From assembly GCA_030691865.1 (NCBI GenBank), contig JAUYDL010000041.1, forward strand, positions 758 to 64,757: a DNA stretch of 64,000 nucleotides, written 5' to 3'. A model generated the notes under the pieces. That model had not been told where the DNA came from. It was given only the letters and a program-made list of their open reading frames with translations, and ran no database searches. A program made the position numbers and the translations under genes. The stretch is from Candidatus Omnitrophota bacterium (GTDB lineage Bacteria > Omnitrophota > Gorgyraeia > Gygaellales > Profunditerraquicolaceae). The stretch's first letter is position 1. The number at the start of each line of letters is the position of its first letter. Shown here in pieces: positions 8,079 to 17,613 of the stretch.

Positions 8079-9230
8079 TTAATTTTCTCTCCCGGATGCT
8101 TTCTTTAATTTCTCCAGAAAGTCAAGCTCTACCTTCCCCCCTAATGATTCTACTTTATGCACATCATCCCAAGCTTTAGCATATTCTTTCTTGGAATAAT
8201 ACGCTGATGCTCGATAATAGTAGGTCCTAGGAACTTTGGGTTCTAATTCTATGGCTACATTTAAATCTGAGATGGCACGATCGAAATCACCTTTCCCCTG
8301 ATAAGTCAATCCTCGACAAAAGTAGGCGTAATTATTATTAGGATTTAATTCTATGGCTTTAGCGAAATCAGATATGGCTTGCTCAAAACTACCCTTACCC
8401 TGATAGGCCACCCCTCGGTAGCTATAGGCTTGAGCATCATTTGGGTTTAATTCTATGGCTTTGGTGTGATCTAAAATTGCTTGATCAAAATTGCTTTTAA
8501 CATCATAAGCTAATCCTCGGTCGCTGTAAGATCTAGCATCATTAGGACTTAATTCTATAGCTTTAGTAAAGTCTAAAATAGCTCTATCGAAATCACCCGC
8601 AGTTCTATAACTAATCCCCCGCTCGCGGTAGGATTCTGAAAAATTAGGTTTTAATTCTATGGCTTTGGTGTAATCTAAGATAGCTTCTAAAAAGTTTCCT
8701 GTAGCGTTATGGGTAAGCCCCAGATTATAGTAAGACATATAATCTTTGGGGTTTAATTCTATGGCTACACTTAAATCTGAGATGGCTTTTAAAAAGTTAC
8801 CTTTAGTCTTATAGGTAACCCCGCGGTAAAAGTAGGCGTCGGATTGATGAGGGTTTAATTCTATGGATTTGTTGAAGTCTGATATGGCTTGGTCAAAATT
8901 GCCTTTAGTATTATAGACAATTCCACGGCAATAGTAGGATCCAGCAAAATTAGGACTTATTTCTATGGCTTTGGTGTACTCTAAGATGGCCTGATCAAAA
9001 TTGCCTTTAACATAATAAACCAACCCCCGGTTGTTGTAGGCTTTAGCAGCATTAGGTCTTAATTCTATGGCTTTAGTATAGTCAATTATTGCCTCATCAT
9101 ATTTTCCTGACGTAAAATTTTCCCCTCCTCTATCAAAAGCTTCTTGGGCAGTTTCCTGGGCATAAATATTAGCGAAAGCTAAAAATGTTGCCGCTAAAAA
9201 TAAAACTCCGATTTTACTTTTATTCATCAT
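8079..9230 (-). CDS. Exported tetratricopeptide-repeat protein (about 10 TPRs)
   Basis: Signal peptide plus 34-aa repeats AY..RG..Y...G.FD.AI.D..KAIEL.P. Confidence 0.93.
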   Translation of the reverse strand: MMNKSKIGVLFLAATFLAFANIYAQETAQEAFDRGGENFTSGKYDEAIIDYTKAIELRPNAAKAYNNRGLVYYVKGNFDQAILEYTKAIEISPNFAGSYYCRGIVYNTKGNFDQAISDFNKSIELNPHQSDAYFYRGVTYKTKGNFLKAISDLSVAIELNPKDYMSYYNLGLTHNATGNFLEAILDYTKAIELKPNFSESYRERGISYRTAGDFDRAILDFTKAIELSPNDARSYSDRGLAYDVKSNFDQAILDHTKAIELNPNDAQAYSYRGVAYQGKGSFEQAISDFAKAIELNPNNNYAYFCRGLTYQGKGDFDRAISDLNVAIELEPKVPRTYYYRASAYYSKKEYAKAWDDVHKVESLGGKVELDFLEKLKKASGREN

Positions 9231-9239
9231 AACTTTTTC

Positions 9240-10538
9240 CTATCCTAAGGCCCTTCTACCGATATCCCGACGAAATTGCATTTCTTCAAATTTAATTTTC
9301 TCCACTGCCTGGTAGGTCTTATTTATCGCCTCTTTAATGGTTGTGCCTAATCCGGTTACCCCTAACACTCTTCCACCACTAGTTAAATATTCTTGCTCTT
9401 GCCTCTGGCCCACATCATTAATTATCCGTAGCTCTGTGCCGGCATGAAAAACTACTACATCTTTTAATTTCTGTACGTCTTCTAAGCCGCTAATTACTTT
9501 TCCCTTTTTATAATCTCCCGGATAACCGCCAGCAGCGCAAACCACACAAACGCAAGCGCGCCTGTCCCATTCTAAAGTACGAATCTTAGAAAGCTTTCCT
9601 ACGCTAGCTGCCAGCATCACCTCTACTAAATCGGATTTTAACCTGGGTAAAATGGCCTGCGTCTCCGGATCGCCAAAACGCACATTGAATTCTAAAGCTT
9701 GCGGCCCCTCTTTAGTCAGCATTATACCGGCATATAATACTCCCCGGTAATCAATTCCTTCTTTAGCTAAGCCATCAATGGTACGGTGAATTATTTTATC
9801 CATCACTTCTTTTAAAATATCAACAGTAACGATTGGCGCAGGCGAATACGCGCCCATTCCCCCGGTATTTTCACCCTGGTCATGGTCAAATATTCTTTTA
9901 TGATCCTGAGCTGAGGCCAAAGCCACCATTATTTTAGAATCTGTAATCACCAGAATTGAGGCCTCCTGGCCAATCAGGCACTCTTCAATAATTATCTTTT
10001 TGCCGGCATCGCCAAAAACTTTATCCTGCATCATCGAAGTCACGGCATCCTTGGCTTCATCAACTGTTTTGGCCACCACCACCCCTTTACCCGCGGCTAA
10101 ACCATCAGCTTTAACTACGCAAGGAGCGCCATTTACTTGGATATATTTTTTTGCCGCATCCGGGCTATCAAAAACCTTAAAATCGGCAGTAGGTACTTTG
10201 TATTTAGCCATCAGCTCTTTGGAAAAAACTTTACTCGCCTCTAAATTTGCGGCTAATTTATTTGGCCCAAAAATTTTCAATCCGGCTTTGGTAAATTCAT
10301 CAACCATACCTAAAGCTAAAGCCTTCTCCGGCCCCACCACGGTAAGATCAATTTTTTCTTTTCTGGCAAATTCCAGCAACCCGGCAATATCATCAGCTTT
10401 AATATCAATACATTCGGCAATCTGGCTAATTCCGCCGTTACCCGGAGCACAGAATAGCTTAGCGCACAATTTAGATTGCGCAATCTTCCAGACTAGCGCA
10501 TGTTCTCTTCCACCAGAACCAACAACTAAAACTCGCAT
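9240..10538 (-). CDS. purD: Phosphoribosylamine-glycine ligase
   Basis: GSGGREHAL, KADGLAAGKGV, NTGGMGAYSP, EFNVRFGDPE. Confidence 0.97.
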   Translation of the reverse strand: MRVLVVGSGGREHALVWKIAQSKLCAKLFCAPGNGGISQIAECIDIKADDIAGLLEFARKEKIDLTVVGPEKALALGMVDEFTKAGLKIFGPNKLAANLEASKVFSKELMAKYKVPTADFKVFDSPDAAKKYIQVNGAPCVVKADGLAAGKGVVVAKTVDEAKDAVTSMMQDKVFGDAGKKIIIEECLIGQEASILVITDSKIMVALASAQDHKRIFDHDQGENTGGMGAYSPAPIVTVDILKEVMDKIIHRTIDGLAKEGIDYRGVLYAGIMLTKEGPQALEFNVRFGDPETQAILPRLKSDLVEVMLAASVGKLSKIRTLEWDRRACVCVVCAAGGYPGDYKKGKVISGLEDVQKLKDVVVFHAGTELRIINDVGQRQEQEYLTSGGRVLGVTGLGTTIKEAINKTYQAVEKIKFEEMQFRRDIGRRALG

Positions 10539-10548
10539 TTATTTACCC

Positions 10549-10860
10549 TTATTTAAATCTTATCCACATACTAAGATCAAAAAGTGATTTTATCAAAAAT
10601 GATTTTAAGAACATAACCGCAAGAATTACAATTATCGGTGAAATATCAATCCCAAATGCGAAATTCAAAGGCAGACGCCTTCTTATCGGCTCTAAAATCG
10701 GATCAGTTGTTTTATAAAGAAACTGCACAATAGCGTTACCAGGATCAGGATTTACCCAACTGATCAATGCGCGAATAATTACCAACCAATAGATTATGTT
10801 TAACAAAACATCCAGGATATTAGCTACTGCGGATATAAAATTAGAGGGAATAAACATCAT
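10549..10860 (-). CDS. YggT family membrane protein
   Basis: RALISWVNPDP...TDPILEPIRR...IDISPI. Confidence 0.9.
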   Translation of the reverse strand: MMFIPSNFISAVANILDVLLNIIYWLVIIRALISWVNPDPGNAIVQFLYKTTDPILEPIRRRLPLNFAFGIDISPIIVILAVMFLKSFLIKSLFDLSMWIRFK

Positions 10861-11156
10861 TAAGTAAGCCCCGGTATATTAAATCCGGTAACATCCTTCA
10901 TTTTTTGCGCTGCCACTTCCTGCGAGCGCTTAATTGCCCGGTTAAAGGTATCTTTTAATGAACTCGCCAGACGCCCCTTTTCTGATTCTCCAAGGTTATC
11001 TTTAATAACCACCTCTTTTATCTCCTGAGCACCGTTCATCGTAATTTTCACCAAACCATCAGAGCTTTGGATATCAAAATTTGTATCCTCTAATGCGCGC
11101 TTGACCTCCTGCATCTTCTTCTGCATCTGGAATAACCCCTTCATCTTATCAAACAT
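10860..11156 (-). CDS. YbaB/EbfC nucleoid-associated protein
   Basis: QMQKKMQE...GLVKITMNG...PG C-terminus. Confidence 0.88.
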   Translation of the reverse strand: MFDKMKGLFQMQKKMQEVKRALEDTNFDIQSSDGLVKITMNGAQEIKEVVIKDNLGESEKGRLASSLKDTFNRAIKRSQEVAAQKMKDVTGFNIPGLT

Positions 11157-11166
11157 GGAAATCCTT

Positions 11167-11649
11167 TCATTTTATTGCAGGGTAAATTATCCTGGCGTTC
11201 TTGATCCCGCCTTTTTCCAGTGCTTCTATCATGGCACTAGCCCAAAGTATCGTTTCCTTTACCGGAAGGTCTACCGGCAAACCGGGAGTAGAAGAATTTG
11301 AACCTGCCAATACCTTCGTATTAATTCTGGTTTCATAACCATTAGGGTCTTTATAAGAAATATAGATCGAGGAAGTAGGCTTATTGGCAAAAAGCCCCCC
11401 AAGAGAATCTTCCCATTCCTGACCCGTGAGGCATTCCATCCTGATCGGGTACATATCTTTTAGCTTCCTTACCGGGCTTAAAACATTTTCGCATGTTTCT
11501 TTATCAGAAACTTTGGTTATCGTGTTCATCAGGAATGCTGCACCGCTGTCATTTTTAATCTGAACTTGCACAAAAGCATAGTAATTTTGCGCCCAACACC
11601 ATGAAGTAAAAAAGAAAACTCCTAAAACAGCTAACAATATTTTTTTCAT
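11167..11649 (-). CDS. Hypothetical exported protein
   Basis: Signal-peptide-like N-terminus; no recognised domain. Confidence 0.65.
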   Translation of the reverse strand: MKKILLAVLGVFFFTSWCWAQNYYAFVQVQIKNDSGAAFLMNTITKVSDKETCENVLSPVRKLKDMYPIRMECLTGQEWEDSLGGLFANKPTSSIYISYKDPNGYETRINTKVLAGSNSSTPGLPVDLPVKETILWASAMIEALEKGGIKNARIIYPAIK

Positions 11650-11678
11650 CTTATCTCATTAAGGAAACGGTCCCTTTT

Positions 11679-12065
11679 CTATTGTCCCTTTTTTAAGAAA
11701 ACGGCCCCTTTTCTATTCTTAAACTTAATAACGATGTAGAAACAAGTGATACCAATGCTATCAATCAAAACATCTTTAGTTGAGCAGTCCCTGCCCAGAA
11801 CAAAATATTGATGGATCTCATCAGATATAGCATAAAAAACTGAAAAAGCAGCCGGGTACATAAAAAGACGAGAAACGTTCATATTGAATGAACCACTAAA
11901 TGCCCTATATAAAAGAAAAGTGAAATAAAAATATTCAGCAATATGGGCTATTTTTCTTAATAAAAAATCATATTCAAGATCTGTTCTTAAATCAGGAATA
12001 CTTGAAAAGTAAAAAATAACCCCTGCCCAAACAACCACCGGAACCCACAATCTAACAAGCTTCAC
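11679..12065 (-). CDS. VanZ family membrane protein
   Basis: RKIAHIAEY, YAISDEIHQYFV.GR. Confidence 0.88.
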   Translation of the reverse strand: MKLVRLWVPVVVWAGVIFYFSSIPDLRTDLEYDFLLRKIAHIAEYFYFTFLLYRAFSGSFNMNVSRLFMYPAAFSVFYAISDEIHQYFVLGRDCSTKDVLIDSIGITCFYIVIKFKNRKGAVFLKKGQ

Positions 12066-12151
12066 CAGATTACTCCTTTATTCTACGCAGGTTCTGTCAA
12101 GTTTTGCCTCACCACCCGCTAACATAGAACCATGTCCTACCTTATTCACAC

Positions 12152-12598
12152 TTAAAAATTTTCTTTAAATATACGCGGAAAATGTAACCTGAAAAAATCT
12201 ATAACTATCTCAATCTTCTCCTCAAAAGGTGAACGCTTACTAATCTTTGTAAATTCCCCACTATCAAGCCAAATTCCACCGCAATTTTCGCAAAAATCAA
12301 CAGAAACGCTCTTATTGCGGTCGCTAATCTTTCTAACCATTTTCTTGTTACTTTCACAACGAGGACAAATAACTTCTTTCTTATTTAAGTCTATTTCTTT
12401 TCTTAAATCATCATCTTTGAGTGGCTCAGTTTCTAAATCAAACTCCACAGTATCAATTATTTCCTTGTTTACGAGCAATTCCAATTCATCTTTATCAAAC
12501 CAAATACCCCCGCAAGCAAAACAAGTATCAACTACTATCGGTTCTTTACTGCCTATCTTTTTTTCTTTTAATATTCCCACACATTTTGGGCAATTCAT
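12152..12598 (-). CDS. Double zinc-ribbon (zf-TFIIB type) protein
   Basis: Two CPxC...DxCxxCGGIWxDxxE units; likely start MNCPKC at 12598 behind AGGAGG. Confidence 0.85.
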   Translation of the reverse strand: MNCPKCVGILKEKKIGSKEPIVVDTCFACGGIWFDKDELELLVNKEIIDTVEFDLETEPLKDDDLRKEIDLNKKEVICPRCESNKKMVRKISDRNKSVSVDFCENCGGIWLDSGEFTKISKRSPFEEKIEIVIDFFRLHFPRIFKENF

Positions 12599-12689
12599 TT
12601 TATACCTCCTGACAACACAACCATCTTGATAATCTACCAAACTATTCAGACTCCCCGCTTCTCCAATAATATTCATCAAAAGAAACCCT

Positions 12690-13160
12690 TTATTTATTGA
12701 AATTAAATTCTTTTTGCGGCAGCTTCTTTCTAATTAATTCTGCAATCTTATCAACAAACTCCTCAGCAGTCTTTAGGGCGTCTTTAGCTTCCTTTATTGA
12801 ACAGGGAATTTCGGGTTCGTAAATAAACCTGTTTCTTTTCCTCCTCATAAAATCATAATCATTAATAAGTCTCTTAAAATCATCCCCTAAAACTAAACTT
12901 ACAAACCTCACCACAGTTAAATGCTTGTCCTTTATATCCGGCCTAAACCCTTCAGCGAACATAAGCGCAAGCCCAGAACGCAGCATCGCATTATAAGCAT
13001 AATTGAAAGCGCATTCTTCGTCTTGGCCTAAGTTTCTTTTAGTAGTCTTAAGATCAATGTAAGCGCGCTTTAGCAAATTCAAAATAGCTTTATAATCAAG
13101 AGGGCACCTCTTAATTAATCCGTCCTTAAGAAGAATTTCTTTTGATTCTTTATAACTCAT
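12690..13160 (-). CDS. HEPN domain protein (toxin of an MNT-HEPN pair)
   Basis: AYNAML, H..VV, RRKRNRFIY, A..A...AEEF. Confidence 0.82.
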   Translation of the reverse strand: MSYKESKEILLKDGLIKRCPLDYKAILNLLKRAYIDLKTTKRNLGQDEECAFNYAYNAMLRSGLALMFAEGFRPDIKDKHLTVVRFVSLVLGDDFKRLINDYDFMRRKRNRFIYEPEIPCSIKEAKDALKTAEEFVDKIAELIRKKLPQKEFNFNK

Positions 13161-13725
13161 TTTCTTTGCCTATCAGCATTATCTTGGGCTTCTTTAATAA
13201 ATCCGTAATAAAGCCGCCCTTGGCTCTCTTTTTCGCTTTATACTCCTGCCAAGAGTAAGTAGTGGGATTAATTTCCCTTTTTAACCTCTTTTCTAAGCTG
13301 GAAATCTTCTCATTTAAAGAAGAGTTATCCTGGTCTCCGACAATCATAAGGTCAATATCGCTGGCAGAATTTTCTTTTTTGGCAGCGAATGAACCATAGA
13401 TAAAGGCTACTTTTATCCCTTTAATTAATAATAGTGAGCTTTTTAGAATTGCTTCTACGCCAACGGTTTTGGAAACAATGCTTTTTAATTCATTAAATAA
13501 AGGATGGTTTTGATTAAGAAAGTAATAAAGAAGATTGCCTACTTTTCTGGTATCAAATAAGTTATTCTCCTGGAATCTTATAAGTTCCCGGCGAATACTG
13601 CCGGCAGAATATCCTAATACACGCTGAAGTTCCCTCAGGTAATACTCCTGGGAAGGATTAGTAAAGAAAAGGGAAAGCAGCCCTTGCCTAATTTTAGATT
13701 TCGCGATATAAAAGCTATTTAGCAT
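13150..13725 (-). CDS. Winged-helix plus minimal nucleotidyltransferase (MNT antitoxin)
   Basis: YYLRELQR...SIRRELI wHTH; YGSFA-x-SDIDL motif; start MLNSF at 13725. Confidence 0.85.
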   Translation of the reverse strand: MLNSFYIAKSKIRQGLLSLFFTNPSQEYYLRELQRVLGYSAGSIRRELIRFQENNLFDTRKVGNLLYYFLNQNHPLFNELKSIVSKTVGVEAILKSSLLLIKGIKVAFIYGSFAAKKENSASDIDLMIVGDQDNSSLNEKISSLEKRLKREINPTTYSWQEYKAKKRAKGGFITDLLKKPKIMLIGKENEL

Positions 13726-13735
13726 ATGAACTCCA

Positions 13736-13775
13736 TTTTGAGTACAATTGTACTCAAAACAGGCTACATTGTCAA
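13736..13775 (-). promoter_or_regulatory. Sigma70 promoter with overlapping 24-bp palindromic operator
   Basis: TTGACA (13775-13770), 17-bp spacer, TACAAT (13752-13747); perfect palindrome TTTTGAGTACAATTGTACTCAAAA at 13736-13759. Confidence 0.8.
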
Positions 13776-13793
13776 TAATAAACCGACGGGCCT

Positions 13794-13809
13794 TGCCTGC
13801 CGGCAGGCA
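13794..13809. repeat. CCTGCC/GGCAGG palindromic repeat
   Basis: TGCCTGCCGGCAGGCA; relatives at 24115-24134 and 55333-55372. Confidence 0.65.
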
Positions 13810-13939
13810 GACTGTCGAGCCTTGTTTCCGCCGCACACCGCGGCTTTAAATCAACTCTCGCCCCCCCCGCTAAAACTATTTCTTACATAACTAACTGATG
13901 AATATAGGGTTACGTATACTGTCTATAAAACTATAAAAC

Positions 13940-14809
13940 TTACTTTTTTTCTTCTTTATTCTTGATCGGCAAAAAGCCTGCCATCTCTCCGATTACATTA
14001 ACTAACTCGGTATTAGCGGGAACCACGATCTTGGCATTATTCTGCAATGACTTCTCCACTGCTTCTAATTTGCGCAGTACTTGCGCATTGCCGGTAAAAT
14101 ACTTCTCGGCTGCCTCAGTAACTAATTTTATCGCTTCTGCCTCGCCTTCCGCCTCAAGGATTCTGGCCTGCTTGATACCTTCGGCTTTTTTAATCTCGGC
14201 GCGCTTTTGACCATCGGCGACAGTTTCGGTAGCAGTCGCGTAATCCACTGCGGCAATTTTTTCATTTTCCGCTTTAACTACTTTGTTCATGGTTTCCTGA
14301 ACATCCTTGGGCGGATCAATTTCTTTTAGCTCTGTCCTGACAATCTCTAAACCCCAGCTGCCGGTTTCCTCACAAAGCGTCTTATGCAGCTCCGCGTTAA
14401 TCTTACCTCTTTCGCTATTAGCGGATTTTAAGGTAAGCGTACCAATGATATTTCTCAAGGTGGTGCGGGCTAAATTCACAATCTGCCATTGATAATTATT
14501 CACGCTATACTGACAGTTCTTGACATCGGCTTCATCAGCTTTTACTTTAAAATAAACCTGAGCATCTACTTTGGCATTCAAATTATCATTAGTAATAATT
14601 TCCTGCGGCTCAGCATCAACCATTTGCTCGGTAATATTAATCTGATAAAGATTTTCAACGATAGGAAACACCCAATTAAATCCCGGAGTGGCAAAACGAT
14701 GATATTTACCAAGCCTCTCAACTAATCCGCGATGCGTAGGGCGCACAATCCGGATCCCCATAAAAAAAATCACTACGGCTCCCGCAATAATTAATCCCAG
14801 TATGCTCAT
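13940..14809 (-). CDS. SPFH/band 7 family protein
   Basis: GLVERLGKY, QEIIT.DN, TTLRNIIG, AEG..QA.ILEAEGEAEA; start MSILG behind GGAGG. Confidence 0.92.
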   Translation of the reverse strand: MSILGLIIAGAVVIFFMGIRIVRPTHRGLVERLGKYHRFATPGFNWVFPIVENLYQINITEQMVDAEPQEIITNDNLNAKVDAQVYFKVKADEADVKNCQYSVNNYQWQIVNLARTTLRNIIGTLTLKSANSERGKINAELHKTLCEETGSWGLEIVRTELKEIDPPKDVQETMNKVVKAENEKIAAVDYATATETVADGQKRAEIKKAEGIKQARILEAEGEAEAIKLVTEAAEKYFTGNAQVLRKLEAVEKSLQNNAKIVVPANTELVNVIGEMAGFLPIKNKEEKK

Positions 14810-14844
14810 CTCTACCTCCTTTGCCCACAAGGGCATACCCGCGC

Positions 14845-14906
14845 TCCCCGCTAGGGGACACCGGCGCAATTCAAATAAGCGCCGGGTGACTTCTTAGCGT
14901 CGGGTG
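14845..14906. repeat. Variant of the 46-bp double-hairpin repeat
   Basis: TCCCC-GCTA-GGGGA, then CACCGGCGC...GCGCCGGGTG, then an extra TTAGCGTCGGGTG arm. Confidence 0.65.
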
Positions 14907-14908
14907 TT

Positions 14909-15913
14909 CTAAATTATATTTACCTGTTTATTCCCCTTTACCGCCGCTCCGATAATCCAGGATTTTAATTTAAGCTCAGATAATTTCTTCATTATCCGGG
15001 CGGCAGCCTCCTTTTGAACAATTAAAACCAGGCCAATCCCCATATTCAAGGTGTGATACATTTCCAGATCATCAATATTGCCTTTATATTGGATAAGCCT
15101 GAATATTTCAGGTACTCTCCAGGAACTTTTTTCAATACACACATCAATATTTTTCGGCAATATCCGGCTAATCTTATCGTAAAATGCTCCACCGGTAATA
15201 TGGCTGATCCCGTGCACTGCCGCTCTATACCGACGCAAAAGCTCAAGAACTGGCAAAACGTAAATGCGCGTAGGCTCCAGTAATCCAGCAGCCATTCTTT
15301 TCTGCTCTGCGGGCCTCAAGACTTTTCTGACTAAAGAATAACCATTAGAATGCAGGCCGCTAGAGGCAATTCCGATGACCAGATCAGAGGCCTTAATCTT
15401 TGAGCCATTAATAATTTTATCTTTCTCTACTACCCCCACGCAGAAACCGGCAATATCGTATTCACCCTCCCGGTACATTCCCGGCATCTGAGCGGTCTCT
15501 CCGCCGATTAAAGAACAACCTGCCTGGCGGCACCCCTCATTTATGCCCTTGACTATATCCACCAGCACACCTTCTTTGACCTTAGTAAAAGCAATATAAT
15601 CTAAGAAGAACAGGGATTCGGCTCCGGTACAAAGAATATCATTCACATTCATCGCCACCGCATCAATACCCACGGTATCATGTATGTTGGCTAATTTGGC
15701 AATCATCAGTTTCGTACCTACTCCGTCACTTGAGGAAACCAAAACCGGATCCTTATATTTACTTTTATCTAACTTAAAAAAACTTCCAAAGCCGCCGATA
15801 TCCGTTAAGACCTCACGCCGAAAAGAACTGCGCACCAAAGGCTTGATTTTAGATTTAAAAATACTGGCGCTTTTAATATCTACACCGCAAGTTTTATAAG
15901 TGATCTTTTTCAT
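14909..15913 (-). CDS. purM: AIR synthetase
   Basis: GVDI, GGFG, DGVGTK, GGETAQMPG, SSGLHSNGYSL, HITGG. Confidence 0.97.
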   Translation of the reverse strand: MKKITYKTCGVDIKSASIFKSKIKPLVRSSFRREVLTDIGGFGSFFKLDKSKYKDPVLVSSSDGVGTKLMIAKLANIHDTVGIDAVAMNVNDILCTGAESLFFLDYIAFTKVKEGVLVDIVKGINEGCRQAGCSLIGGETAQMPGMYREGEYDIAGFCVGVVEKDKIINGSKIKASDLVIGIASSGLHSNGYSLVRKVLRPAEQKRMAAGLLEPTRIYVLPVLELLRRYRAAVHGISHITGGAFYDKISRILPKNIDVCIEKSSWRVPEIFRLIQYKGNIDDLEMYHTLNMGIGLVLIVQKEAAARIMKKLSELKLKSWIIGAAVKGNKQVNII

Positions 15914-15933
15914 TATTTCTCCTTATAGAATCC

Positions 15934-15991
15934 AGGGGACGGTTCTATTTTTTTAAAAACTAAAAGGGGCTAAAAAATAGAACCGTCCCCT
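15934..15991. repeat. GGGGAC-family inverted repeat
   Basis: AGGGGACGGTTCTATTTTT...AAAAATAGAACCGTCCCCT. Confidence 0.8.
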
Positions 15992-17392
15992 TTATTTAGC
16001 CGGTGATTTCCCGGTCCAGCAATATAAACAAAGTTTTTCTTTAGGCAAGCCGATCGCGGCAATCATATCACTAAGCTTCTGGTATTTCAGAGTAGTTGAG
16101 CCGATATCCCGGTTTATCCAGGCCACCATTTTTTTATATTCTTTGGAATTCTCATCCAAGTATTTACATACGCTTTTTGGCTCTTTACCCTCAATGGCCT
16201 TGATTGCCCGGCGCGCAGCTAATTCATTAATGCTGCGGGTTGAATAATTAAATTTACAGGGAAACATTAGCGGCGGACAGGAAATGCGCAAATGAATTTC
16301 CTTGGCCCCGTGACTTTTAAGTTTCTGGATGGTGTAATTCTTAAGCTGTGTACCGCGCACAATCGAATCATCGCAAAACACAATCCGCTGGCCTTTGATA
16401 ATCTCAGGGATAGGAATAAGTTTCATCTTGGCCACTAAATCCCGGCGCTCCTGAGATACCGGGGTATAGCTGCGGTCATAACCCGGAGTATATTTTACCA
16501 GAGGCCGGCGCAGAGGCACCCCTGATTTCATGCTATAGCCAATGGCATGGGCAGTACCGGAATCCGGTATTCCGGCAACCATATCTGCCTGGATGTTATC
16601 GTCTTTGGCCAGCTGTGCCCCGCATCTTTCCCGCGAGGTCTCCACATTAATCGCTTCATAATTGGAAGCCGGAAAACCCGTATAAACCCAGAGAAATGAA
16701 CAAATTTGATTGGTCTTAACACCTTTACGTTTTATTTTCAATCCTCTACGGGTGATTAAAACTATCTCTTTCGGCTCAAGGTGCTTTACCAATTTATATC
16801 CTAAATTAAAAAAAGCCGAAGATTCTGTGGAAACCGCCCAACTACTCCCTTTTTTTCCGATTACTAAAGGGGTTAACCCTAACCTATCGCGGCAGGCGTA
16901 AATACCGTCTTTATTTAATAAGAGCAACGTGCAAGACCCCTGAATCTTGGAAAAAACTTTTTCAATACCTTCCACTATAGTTTTACCCGAAATAATAATC
17001 TTGGCCGCCATCTCGACAAAGTTTATTTTTCCTTCAGCCAACTCGGAAAAAGAACTTCCTTTTTTATATAATTCTTTAGCCAGTTTTCCCGCGTTATCAA
17101 TAAAGCCATCGGTCACAATCGCAAATGGCCCAAATTTAGAGTTCATTACAATCGGCTGCTCATCGCGGGCGCTGATTACCCCAATCCCTTTATCCCCCTG
17201 CATTTTAAGGTAATCTTCATAAAACTCAGCCTTAAACTGGCTGCCTTTAATATCGTGGATCTTGCGAGTAAGCTCAACCCCATAAACCGCCAATCCGGCA
17301 AATTGCGTACCTAAATGCGAATGATAATCTGTGCCATAATATAAATCTTCATTGCAAGCCTTATTTGCCACCACTCCGAATATTCCGCTCAT
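15992..17392 (-). CDS. purF: Amidophosphoribosyltransferase variant lacking the N-terminal Cys
   Basis: Start MSGIFG at 17392; RDRLG..PL, GIPDSG, PRT motif DDSIVRGT, Fe-S cysteines CSF, PCKF and CLYC. Confidence 0.92.
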   Translation of the reverse strand: MSGIFGVVANKACNEDLYYGTDYHSHLGTQFAGLAVYGVELTRKIHDIKGSQFKAEFYEDYLKMQGDKGIGVISARDEQPIVMNSKFGPFAIVTDGFIDNAGKLAKELYKKGSSFSELAEGKINFVEMAAKIIISGKTIVEGIEKVFSKIQGSCTLLLLNKDGIYACRDRLGLTPLVIGKKGSSWAVSTESSAFFNLGYKLVKHLEPKEIVLITRRGLKIKRKGVKTNQICSFLWVYTGFPASNYEAINVETSRERCGAQLAKDDNIQADMVAGIPDSGTAHAIGYSMKSGVPLRRPLVKYTPGYDRSYTPVSQERRDLVAKMKLIPIPEIIKGQRIVFCDDSIVRGTQLKNYTIQKLKSHGAKEIHLRISCPPLMFPCKFNYSTRSINELAARRAIKAIEGKEPKSVCKYLDENSKEYKKMVAWINRDIGSTTLKYQKLSDMIAAIGLPKEKLCLYCWTGKSPAK

Positions 17393-17404
17393 TTTTAATC
17401 TCCC

Positions 17405-17450
17405 TTGTCTACCTAGACAACACCCGCTCAATACCAATTAGCGCGGGGTG
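17405..17450. repeat. 46-bp double-hairpin REP-like repeat
   Basis: TTGTCTACCTAGACAACACCCGCTC...TTAGCGCGGGGTG. Confidence 0.85.
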
Positions 17451-17452
17451 TT

Positions 17453-17560
17453 TTAAAAATTTTTCTTAATAAAATTAACTCCGTTTTTAAAAATCTGCAA
17501 ACCATCTTCTCCTTTTTTTAGCTCATCTTTACGTTGATGCTGCGCCGGCCAGCGAAAACG
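17453..17560 (-). pseudogene. Probable 3' relic of purQ
   Basis: Frame reads ...RWPAQHQRKDELKKGEDGLQIFKNGVNFIKKNF*, resembling the PurQ C-terminal GDGLxIFxNGV; in-frame TAA upstream and no ATG/GTG start; located between purL and purF. Confidence 0.55.
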
Positions 17561-17613
17561 CCGCTGCAGTTTCCTGATCGCAGTTTGTCCCTGCGCTTCT
17601 TAAGACGCAAACC

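Noticed and set aside
8079-9230. CRISPR-like periodic repeats
   Set aside because: The 102-bp period is explained by in-frame TPR units
13726-13836. N-terminal extensions in the ORF track (MNT; also SPFH, PurF, GlyA, LeuA)
   Set aside because: They run through promoters or repeats; downstream starts match family N-termini and, in most cases, SD positions
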